DNA of 64,000 nt from an uncultured Gammaproteobacteria bacterium (GTDB lineage: Bacteria > Pseudomonadota > Gammaproteobacteria > Steroidobacterales > JBCBZW01). A model generated the notes under the pieces. It saw only the letters and a list, made by a program, of their open reading frames with translations, was not told the DNA's origin and searched no databases. The DNA lies in contig CBDUQI010000006.1 in the NCBI GenBank assembly GCA_965369325.1, positions 1,581 to 65,580 on the forward strand, given 5' to 3'. How positions within the stretch are numbered: the first letter of the stretch is position 1; each line of letters starts with the position of its first letter. Of the stretch, positions 1 to 8,174 are shown piece after piece. Both the position numbers and the translations under genes were made by a program.

Positions 1-479
1 TTGCGCGTAAATTGATCCAAGCTGTCGGCGTGCGACCGGACTGGCGATTGATTCTCGGGCTCGGCGGGCAGACCCATCAATTCGCATCACTGCCGAGAAA
101 TGTGCACGCCTTCGACTGGTTGCCCCAGCTGCAAGTGCTAGCGCACGCTGATTGCGCCATCACCCACGGGGGCGTAAACACAATTAACGAGTGCATCGAT
201 ACACAGGTGCCCATGCTGGTGTGCTCTGGTGAGCGCTACGATCAGCCGGGCTGCGCCGCCCGGGTGCGATATCACGGTATTGGACTTTGTACACCACGTG
301 TGAGCACAAGCGTTGAGGCGCTAAACGCGTTGCTGAACGAGGTAATGGAAAGCCCGCGCATTCGCGAGGCACTACGTGCAATGCACCTGAAGCTGAGGGC
401 TGATCACACCAAGCGTCTGGCCGAGTCAGTCATTGAAGCGCTGCTACACGCCCGCCAACCCGAAGACTCCGGCTTATGA
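1..479 (+). CDS. Glycosyltransferase family 1 (MGT/UDPGT-like), C-terminal part; 5'-truncated by the window edge
   Basis: UDP-sugar binding signature 'WLPQLQVLAHADCAITHGGVNTINE...P...DQP'. Confidence 0.8.
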   Translation, partial: ARKLIQAVGVRPDWRLILGLGGQTHQFASLPRNVHAFDWLPQLQVLAHADCAITHGGVNTINECIDTQVPMLVCSGERYDQPGCAARVRYHGIGLCTPRVSTSVEALNALLNEVMESPRIREALRAMHLKLRADHTKRLAESVIEALLHARQPEDSGL

Positions 480-674
480 CACCTACACCACCCAGCAGAT
501 TGTTTGCGGGCTGACTGCCCTCGTCAGCGCCTGCACCACCGGAACTTCGATTGCGTGGGCTCGACCTGACTGCCTGCATTATCTTCTCAAGGTTTGCAGC
601 ACAGCCCATTGATCGCGGGCGCTTGAGTCCCTAGAATTGCCTCGTCCTGCCCGTCCAGGGGCACTATCGCCGGG

Positions 675-750
675 GCTGGCGTAGCTCAGTTGGCAGAGCA
701 GCTGATTTGTAATCAGCAGGTCGTAGGTTCGATTCCTATCGCCAGCTCCA
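675..750 (+). tRNA. tRNA-Thr (anticodon UGU)
   Basis: 76-nt cloverleaf: acceptor stem GCTGGCG/CGCCAGC, D-arm TAGCTCAGTTGGCAGAGC, anticodon stem GCTGA/TCAGC with loop TTTGTAA (TGT at 708-710), T-loop GGTTCGATTCC, encoded CCA end. Confidence 0.97.
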
Positions 751-1310
751 TTTATCTCAATAAAAACAAAATATTAGAAATACCGCCGAAAGCAACCATT
801 CGAGGCCATACGGTCTTTGGTTCGCGTAGGCGGTGTGCAGAACGCACGACTTCTCGGTGAGCCAACAAGGGCACGAAAGAATACCGAACCTGCTATCGCT
901 TCTCGCCGGTATTCGATTGTTGCGCGCTGCTCGTCGTTCACTTGATGGACTAGCGCTTGCGCCCCTACGTGGTTCTTCACGCTCGGGAGCCGACCGTCAC
1001 CGTGTGGATCCCAGACCGATCCGATCCTGCACTATTCCCGGCGCAGTCCGGCGCGATCTACGGCCGGCTGGGATGGGGATCCTACGCTGCAGGTTTTATG
1101 AAGACGAAAACCGGTCAGTCTGGACTGGCGAAGTCAAATTCCTTACAGTGGTTGCGGTTTATCATGCACGGATTCGCACTACAAGTCTGGCAACGGAGTG
1201 CCCACGGTCACCCTGTGTACCACTTACGTGACGGATCGCGCGATGTCAAACACCAGCGAAACACAGCTGCGAATCCTGCCCGCGCTTTCAGCGTACCGGC
1301 TTCCTTTAAG

Positions 1311-3323
1311 GTGAGGCTTCCGCGTTACATCAGTCAGTCCATCGGACTGACCCAGGCGATCACGGTGCTGGTGGCCAGCCTGCTCATTGGGCTCGCCTTG
1401 AGCACGGTACAGCTGGCCTACACATTTCAGTCCGAGCATCGTGCCGCAATTCAACTTAGTGAAGAGATCCTCACCCTGGGCGAAGGTGGAGCGACTACCG
1501 CGAGTTGGACGCTGGATCAGCGTATCGCGGAGGAAGTGGTCAACGGCGTGATCGCACTTGGCGACGTTCAAACCGTCACGCTGCGTGATGAGGCCGGCGA
1601 GATCCTGGCCAGCTCAGTGCGCTCGACCAGAACCTACAGCCGTTTGACCACCTGGTTCGCGAAAACGTTCATTGGTGACTCGATCCGTGGACAGCGGACT
1701 CTGTCGGTCTCCGCTGGCGGGAAATCGCAAACGGTGGGTGTGTTCTCCATCGTACTGGCACCGGAACATATTGCTGAACGTTTCGTCGGCATCGCGATTC
1801 CGGTGCTCATCGCTGGCGCGTTTCAGGCGTTGGCGATCGGTCTGGTTCTACTGTGGCTTTCCTCGCGCCTCGTCACCACCCCGCTGCGGCGGGCGGCGTC
1901 GGCGATAAAAACCATCAATCCGGAAAATCCCAGCGAAACAGTAATCGACATTGCGCCCACCCATGAGAACAACGAGCTGGGGTACCTGCTTCGGCACACC
2001 AACAAGATGGTTAATAGCCTGAGCAGCGTGCAACGGCAACTCAGGTTGCTCGCCACCCACGACCCGCTGACCAAACTACCCAACAGGAGTTGTATTTTTT
2101 CCAGGCTAGAGCGCGCGCTCGCGCGCGCGCGGCGTTGCAAATCTCGTGTCGCAGTGTTGTTTATCGATCTTGATAATTTCAAGATCATCAACGATTCCCA
2201 GGGGCATAGCCACGGCGATGCTTTGCTAGCGCAGGTGGCCATGCTGTTACGCCGCGCACTACGCGCCAACGACTCGGTAGGCCGTTTAGGCGGTGATGAG
2301 TTTCTGGTGGTGGTTGAAGATATCGAGGACGTGGGCGATGTGGTGCGAACAGTACAGAGAATAGAATCGAATTTGTCGCAACCGGTGGAAGTGGGCAACT
2401 CGGCGATGAGTGTTCACTGCAGCACCGGCATTGCCGTGTTCCCCGATGACGGCGATAGCGCTGGCGATCTGGTACGACATGCGGATATGGCAATGTACCA
2501 GGCGAAAGAGGAGACCGGAAACCAGTTTCATTTTTTCGCACCCGAAATGAGCGAGCGCATGCAAGCACGCCTCACCATGGAGGCGGCCTTGCGTGCAGCG
2601 CTGGATCGCAATGAGTTTACGCTCGCCTATCAACCGAAATTCGAGACGCGGACCGGACTGCTCGCCGGCTGCGAGGCGTTGCTGAGATGGCAACGCGATG
2701 AGCGACTGCTGACGGCCGGTGAGTTCGTCAAGATTGCCGAGCAATCGGGCATCATTGTTGATATCGGGCGGGTGGTGCTTGAGCAAGCCTGCAAACAAGC
2801 ACGCGATTGGGCCGCGCGTTTCATGCCAATTCCGGTCGCCGTCAACGTGTCGGCGCAGCAACTGCACGAACCGGATTTTGTCGATCACCTGCTGGAAACC
2901 ACCGCGCGGCACAACATCGAGCCCGGTATGCTTGAGTTGGAAATCACTGAGACCGTGCTTATTAAAAGACTCAGTCATGTAGTCAAACAACTGGACCGCT
3001 TGCGCGAGGCGGGGATTGCCGTGAGCATCGATGATTTCGGCACCGGATACTCCTCACTATCGTATTTAACCCATCTGCCTGCCAGTTCGTTAAAGATCGA
3101 CCGATCGTTTGTCTCCGGACCGCAAAGCTCCGAAGTGGTGCTCACTATGATTATCGCCATGGCGAAGGCGCTGCGACTCACCACGGTCGCCGAGGGGGTG
3201 GAGTCTGAGTCGCAGCGCGCAAGCCTTGCCAGCATGGGTTGCGACGTGTTGCAAGGGTATCTGCTAGGTAGACCGATGCGCGCCAAAGACTTTGAGCGCC
3301 AATTCCTGAGTGCCGCCGCATGA
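1311..3323 (+). CDS. Membrane-anchored HAMP-GGDEF-EAL diguanylate cyclase/phosphodiesterase
   Basis: Two TM helices flank a periplasmic domain, followed by a HAMP-like segment. 'HDPLTKLPNR', RxxD I-site (RAND), GGDEF, EALL and DDFGTGYSS are all intact. The start is uncertain: the ORF opens at 957, and I chose GTG 1311 just before TM1. Confidence 0.88.
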   Translation: MRLPRYISQSIGLTQAITVLVASLLIGLALSTVQLAYTFQSEHRAAIQLSEEILTLGEGGATTASWTLDQRIAEEVVNGVIALGDVQTVTLRDEAGEILASSVRSTRTYSRLTTWFAKTFIGDSIRGQRTLSVSAGGKSQTVGVFSIVLAPEHIAERFVGIAIPVLIAGAFQALAIGLVLLWLSSRLVTTPLRRAASAIKTINPENPSETVIDIAPTHENNELGYLLRHTNKMVNSLSSVQRQLRLLATHDPLTKLPNRSCIFSRLERALARARRCKSRVAVLFIDLDNFKIINDSQGHSHGDALLAQVAMLLRRALRANDSVGRLGGDEFLVVVEDIEDVGDVVRTVQRIESNLSQPVEVGNSAMSVHCSTGIAVFPDDGDSAGDLVRHADMAMYQAKEETGNQFHFFAPEMSERMQARLTMEAALRAALDRNEFTLAYQPKFETRTGLLAGCEALLRWQRDERLLTAGEFVKIAEQSGIIVDIGRVVLEQACKQARDWAARFMPIPVAVNVSAQQLHEPDFVDHLLETTARHNIEPGMLELEITETVLIKRLSHVVKQLDRLREAGIAVSIDDFGTGYSSLSYLTHLPASSLKIDRSFVSGPQSSEVVLTMIIAMAKALRLTTVAEGVESESQRASLASMGCDVLQGYLLGRPMRAKDFERQFLSAAA

Positions 3324-4102
3324 CAGCTCGCACCGCAGCGGTGCTCACACTGGTCGCGGTGAGCATCCTGCAGATCGGCACATTGTCGGCGCAGCAGACC
3401 GACCGCGTCGTCACACTGGTCGGCGACCCGTGGCCACCGTACATCCTGGGCGAACTCGGTCAGGAAGCCACTGGCGGAATTGGTGTGGAATTGATGCGAG
3501 CCATTTTCGAGCGAATCGAAAACACCCGCGTGAGTAATCCCATGGTGCCCTGGAACAGAGCCTTGCGAGAAGTAAAAACCGGAACCAAAGATGGTATCGG
3601 TATTTTGCTAAAAACGCCGGAACGCGAAACTTACATGGTCTACACCGACGAGCTGTTCAGATCCTACGCCACCGTCTGGTACTCAACCCGCAAGTTCCCC
3701 AACGGGATTGAGTGGCAACAGCATCTCGACCTAAAACCCTACACTATCGGCGTTATTCGGGGTCACCGCCATAGCGACGAGTTGAACAACCTTCTGGACG
3801 ACGGCACCTTGAACTCGGTTGCGGTAACATCCGTGCATCAACTGTTCGCACTACTGGACAAAGGAAGAGTGGACTTGGTAGTAGCCGATTTCCAAGTAGG
3901 GGAGGCCTTCGCACAGACCTACACCCAATCGGGCCGGCACGTGTTCGGCTCACAACGACCGACCGGCATAGAGATTTACTACATCGCCTTCTCCAAAAAG
4001 TCCTCTGCCAGGCACCTAATCCCTGATATCAATCGGGCGATCCTGGAACTACGCGAGGAAGGTGTCATTCAGCGCTTGGTGGGCAATCCAATGGCGGACT
4101 AA
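3320..4102 (+). CDS. Periplasmic substrate-binding protein (SBP_bac_3-like)
   Basis: Signal peptide; 'WPPY', 'G..VEL', 'PWNRAL', 'KTPERE', 'GRVDL' and 'YIAFSKK' are typical of the family. ATGA overlap with the upstream gene. Confidence 0.85.
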   Translation: MTARTAAVLTLVAVSILQIGTLSAQQTDRVVTLVGDPWPPYILGELGQEATGGIGVELMRAIFERIENTRVSNPMVPWNRALREVKTGTKDGIGILLKTPERETYMVYTDELFRSYATVWYSTRKFPNGIEWQQHLDLKPYTIGVIRGHRHSDELNNLLDDGTLNSVAVTSVHQLFALLDKGRVDLVVADFQVGEAFAQTYTQSGRHVFGSQRPTGIEIYYIAFSKKSSARHLIPDINRAILELREEGVIQRLVGNPMAD

Positions 4103-4278
4103 GTGTGAAAGTAGGTCGCCAACAAAGTAGCGCGCCTGCGAAATTGGAATAAGTCTAGCCCGGCTGCCGTGTGATCGCTGTCTCAGATTCGCCATTCAGA
4201 CGCATTTGTTTACCGCACCGGTAGAGTAGTTCGCCTATAGTCTCCAGCTCCAGCGAAGCAAAGCTTGCAGGGGTTCCC

Positions 4279-4737
4279 ATGCGTGTTGTTGTCGTAGACG
4301 ATTCTCCCGTGTTCCTTGAGACCATTAGTGCCTTTCTCAGCAACCGGCGTAACATCGACCTAGTCGGGAGAGCGCCGCATGCAGAGGCGGCCCTGGCACT
4401 GGTCCAGGATCTTCGGCCAGATCTCGTTATCGTCGATATGGTGATGCCGAAAATCGGTGGAGTGGAATTAACTAAATCCCTGAAAAAACTCGACAATCCA
4501 CCAAGAGTAATCATGCTGACCCTGGGTTGCCACCCGAAGTACTACGATGAGGCGGTGGACGCCGGCGCGGAAACTTTAATCGTCAAGATCGACGTGGAAA
4601 CTCGCTTAATGCGGGCCATAGAATCGCCACCGGTTGCACAAGCCGCGCCGCCACCGGCGGACGTCGCTACGCTATGGCGAACGCAGCCGTGGAGCGACCA
4701 CGATCAACCATCCACAACAGGCGCCGCCAAGAGGTAG
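4279..4737 (+). CDS. Stand-alone response regulator receiver (NarL-like REC, no output domain)
   Basis: 'VVVVDD', 'PDLVIVDMVMPKIGG', 'MLT' and the conserved Lys in 'LIVK'; low-complexity tail in place of an HTH. Confidence 0.85.
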   Translation: MRVVVVDDSPVFLETISAFLSNRRNIDLVGRAPHAEAALALVQDLRPDLVIVDMVMPKIGGVELTKSLKKLDNPPRVIMLTLGCHPKYYDEAVDAGAETLIVKIDVETRLMRAIESPPVAQAAPPPADVATLWRTQPWSDHDQPSTTGAAKR

Positions 4738-4970
4738 CCTCCGCTACCTACCCTAACCGGCATCCAGCTAGCCCACCCCAGCTTACGATTACTCATTGTA
4801 CAGATCCGCGAGCGAGCGTCATGGGCGTGCCTCGGCCCACGTTCGGTGCGATACCCGCCCCTCGACAGCCACCATTTGGCAAACGATGTGGGGGTGGTAA
4901 GCTAGTGGTGTAACAACAACTAAGTTGCGATAAGGCACTCCGTCCGTATCCGAAGATTGCTGATGTTAAA

Positions 4971-7900
4971 GTGACCACTGCGCCCCGCCTTGGCCTCGCC
5001 ATAGCACTCATCGTGTTCAGTGCGCTGAACGCGATCGCTCAAACACACGCGCCGCTCACGCGTGGCTTACCTTTTATCCGCTCATACGATCGCAGCGACT
5101 ACGATGCGAGCAATCAAAACTGGGCGGTAGCGATTTCAGCCACGGGATTGCTCTATGTCGCCAACGCAAGTGAACTACTTGAGTACAACGGCGTCAGTTG
5201 GCGCAAACTCCCGGAACTGAGTCTACAACGCGTTTACGCCGTGGTGGCCGGCCCGCAAGGGCGAATGTTCGTTGGCACAGCCAGTGATTTCGGTGAGCTA
5301 AACGTCGACGAAACGGGGCTTACACGCTACCAATCGTTGCGTGATCGACTGGATAATCAGGAGGGCTCGTTTGGCAGTATTCGGCAAATACTCCCAACCT
5401 CCGATCATGTATTTTTCCGCTCCGCCTCGCATATCATCGCCATGCAACGCCGCGACACCCCCCCCGTGCCAACGGACTTTACAGTCTGGGCTGTAGCCGA
5501 CACGGAAGGTACGGCATTCGATCAACTTGCCTGGCACCAGGAACAACTGATCGGCGCTGTACGTGGGCGCGGCTTGATGCGATTGAGCGCGGACGGCTTT
5601 ACGCCGTGGCCCGGGACGCAACAACTGGGGCAGTTTCGTCCCACACAACTACTCTCCCAAGCCGACGGTAGTTTGCTTGTCTGCACACTGGACGACGGGC
5701 TTTTCCGTTTGCGAGGTGACCGGCTGACGCCACTGACCGGCCCAATCAATGAGTTTGCACTACGCAATCGGCCCACCAGCTGCACCGATTTTCAAGAGGG
5801 CATGCTACTGATCACTACCCTGAACGGCGGCGCCGCCAGTTTTGATCAACACGGGGAGTTGCAGCAGATTATCGATCAGGATGCGGGCCTGCGCGAGAAT
5901 TGGGTGTCGGGAGCGCCAGCGATTGATCGGCGCGGTGCCTACTGGTTTGCGCTAGGTACGGGATTGGCGCGCATTGAGCTAGGGTTTTCAGCCGAGGTAT
6001 TCGATGAGCGCGTGGGTTTGCGCGGTGGCCTCACGTCGATCGTGCGTCACAACGCTCGCCTCTACGTTGGTACCACTCAGGGTTTACTGCGGCTGGAACC
6101 GGGCCTGGCCCATGCGCCGGCACAGTTACTGCCCTTCTCACAAACACCCGATGCCGTGTGGGCACTCGCCAGTTTCGAAGGCCGCTTGGTCGCAAGTTTT
6201 GATCGTTACGTTGCAGTGGTGGCGGAGTCCGGCGAGATCACACCGATTCTCAAGGGGCTTTCGACGACGTTGGTGACGCTCGACAAGCGTCTTTACGTAG
6301 GCACCAGCACTGACGGCGTACACGCGATCGAATCCTCTGGCACTCAACTTACCGATCTTGGTCGTATCGGTAATACTTCAAATCTCGTGCGCCGCATCGT
6401 TCCCGATGGCCAAGGTCACCTGTGGTTGCGGGCGTTTTACGGCGTCGAGGCACCGGCCGAGCGTATCGAACGAATCCACGAGAGCGCCCGCCCGGTCGCC
6501 GGACAGGCCCCTCACGTGATTGGCGAGCACGACGGTTTGCCTCAGGGCACCCGAGTGTATCCGTTTATGCTTGCCGAACGCCTGATGGTCTGGATAGATG
6601 GGGAAATTTTCCAGCGCGACCCAGTGACGGGCCTGTTCTCGGATACCCAAGACCCTGTCCTGCAATCCGTGAGGGGCGTTGCGATGCCGGTAAGGGATCG
6701 TGCCGGTCGCTGGTGGTTCGCCCGTAGCAACGGGTCCATCGCGCGTTTGAGTGTGGCTAAGTCCGACGCGACGCTCGACGTACAAATGCCGGTGCCAGAC
6801 TATCTCAGTCATACCACCGTCTTGCTGTACTCAGATCCTGAGGACGACAGTGTCTGGACCGACAACTATGACACCACACTAGTACGCTATCGAGCGGGCG
6901 AAACGCCCAACGTTGACTGGTCACCCAATTTGCTTATTAGCGGATTGAGCGCTCAGGGACTTGGCAGAGTACCGCTGGCCGGCACGGACCAACCAACCAC
7001 GCTTGCCTACGAGAACAACGCCGTCCAGGTAGCCTTCGCGGTGACCGACGCGCCGGCCGAAGGGGAGTATCGCGCAAGATTGGTGGGCCTGAATGAGCAG
7101 TGGGGCGAGTGGTCGGCGGCGACGACGCGGGAGTACCAAGCGTTAAGAGAGGGGCGTTATCGATTTGAAGTACAGGCGCGTGACTCCCGCGGTACTACCA
7201 GCACGACAGCCACCACCAGCTTTGTCATCCGTGCACCCTGGTTTAGACAGGTATGGGCTTACTTGCTATACGTTGCCGGCACCACCGCATTGTTTGGTGC
7301 CCTGTACTACTGGCGCTTGCACCGGCTTCGACGGCGCATCGTAATGCTGGACCAACATGTGTTTGAGCGCGACCAGGCACAGGAAAAACTGCTCAAGTAC
7401 CAACGAAAATTACGTCAGCTGGCGTCCGAGTTATCGTTGGCTGAAGAGCGCGCACGGCGCAACACGGCGGCCGATTTGCACGACGGTGCGGGACAACTGC
7501 TGGCGGCAAGTCTGCTTGAACTTGGGGCCGCACAGAACCTAGCCTCCCCAGCACAGTCCGCGCACTTGCATAAGCTGCGTCGGCACATTAGCGATGCTCT
7601 GAGGCGGATTCGCAACATCTCGGTGGATTTGAGCCCACCGCAATTGCACAACTTGGGTTTTGCCGCTGCAGCTCGGTGGTGGATCGACAAGATTGCCAAT
7701 GAGCACCCTGCCATTTTGTTTGAATTAAAATGCGATCTGCCACCGCTGTCATTAAGCCCCGACACTCGCATCGTACTATTCCAGGCGCTGCGGGAACTTA
7801 CTCAAAACGCCATCAAACACGGCCACGGCCAGATCCTCGAGGTGCTCGTTGAAAGACGGGGCGATGAGGTCGAATTGATTGTTATCGACAACGGCTGTGG

Positions 7901-8090
7901 GTTCGATCCATCTCAACTCGATATGCTGCCCACCAACTCTGGCGGCTTCGGGTTATTTAACATCCACGAGCGAATTTCCATGCTCGAAGGGAACATCGAA
8001 ATTGAGTCGGTTCCGGATAAGGGCACTCGGATCAGGGTGCGAGTGCCCATGCATGAACGCCGCGCGCAGCTACGCGACGGCACGACATAG
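4971..8090 (+). CDS. Sensor histidine kinase with periplasmic beta-propeller/Y_Y_Y sensor and HisKA_3/HATPase
   Basis: Signal peptide, 'QNWAV...GLLYVAN' propeller repeats, Y_Y_Y-like 'YRARLVG..EQW..W...REY..L.EGRYRFEVQARD', TM after 'PWFRQVWAY', H-box 'AADLHDGAGQ', N-box 'ELTQNAIKH', 'DNGCGFD' and 'GFGL'. Confidence 0.88.
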   Translation: MTTAPRLGLAIALIVFSALNAIAQTHAPLTRGLPFIRSYDRSDYDASNQNWAVAISATGLLYVANASELLEYNGVSWRKLPELSLQRVYAVVAGPQGRMFVGTASDFGELNVDETGLTRYQSLRDRLDNQEGSFGSIRQILPTSDHVFFRSASHIIAMQRRDTPPVPTDFTVWAVADTEGTAFDQLAWHQEQLIGAVRGRGLMRLSADGFTPWPGTQQLGQFRPTQLLSQADGSLLVCTLDDGLFRLRGDRLTPLTGPINEFALRNRPTSCTDFQEGMLLITTLNGGAASFDQHGELQQIIDQDAGLRENWVSGAPAIDRRGAYWFALGTGLARIELGFSAEVFDERVGLRGGLTSIVRHNARLYVGTTQGLLRLEPGLAHAPAQLLPFSQTPDAVWALASFEGRLVASFDRYVAVVAESGEITPILKGLSTTLVTLDKRLYVGTSTDGVHAIESSGTQLTDLGRIGNTSNLVRRIVPDGQGHLWLRAFYGVEAPAERIERIHESARPVAGQAPHVIGEHDGLPQGTRVYPFMLAERLMVWIDGEIFQRDPVTGLFSDTQDPVLQSVRGVAMPVRDRAGRWWFARSNGSIARLSVAKSDATLDVQMPVPDYLSHTTVLLYSDPEDDSVWTDNYDTTLVRYRAGETPNVDWSPNLLISGLSAQGLGRVPLAGTDQPTTLAYENNAVQVAFAVTDAPAEGEYRARLVGLNEQWGEWSAATTREYQALREGRYRFEVQARDSRGTTSTTATTSFVIRAPWFRQVWAYLLYVAGTTALFGALYYWRLHRLRRRIVMLDQHVFERDQAQEKLLKYQRKLRQLASELSLAEERARRNTAADLHDGAGQLLAASLLELGAAQNLASPAQSAHLHKLRRHISDALRRIRNISVDLSPPQLHNLGFAAAARWWIDKIANEHPAILFELKCDLPPLSLSPDTRIVLFQALRELTQNAIKHGHGQILEVLVERRGDEVELIVIDNGCGFDPSQLDMLPTNSGGFGLFNIHERISMLEGNIEIESVPDKGTRIRVRVPMHERRAQLRDGTT

Positions 8091-8174
8091 CACTCCATAT
8101 GCCTCAGAACGACAATCCCTGAGACCATCCGCTGCAACGCGGACACTAACGCAGCGAACGGGCGCACACAGGTT

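Noticed and set aside
957-1310. N-terminal extensions in the track ORFs (also at 12314, 19038, 28617, 32793, 35981, 37244, 41290, 49351, 53389 and 57077)
   Set aside because: These upstream in-frame starts lack family similarity or overlap neighbouring genes; downstream starts with an RBS or matching domain boundaries were preferred.
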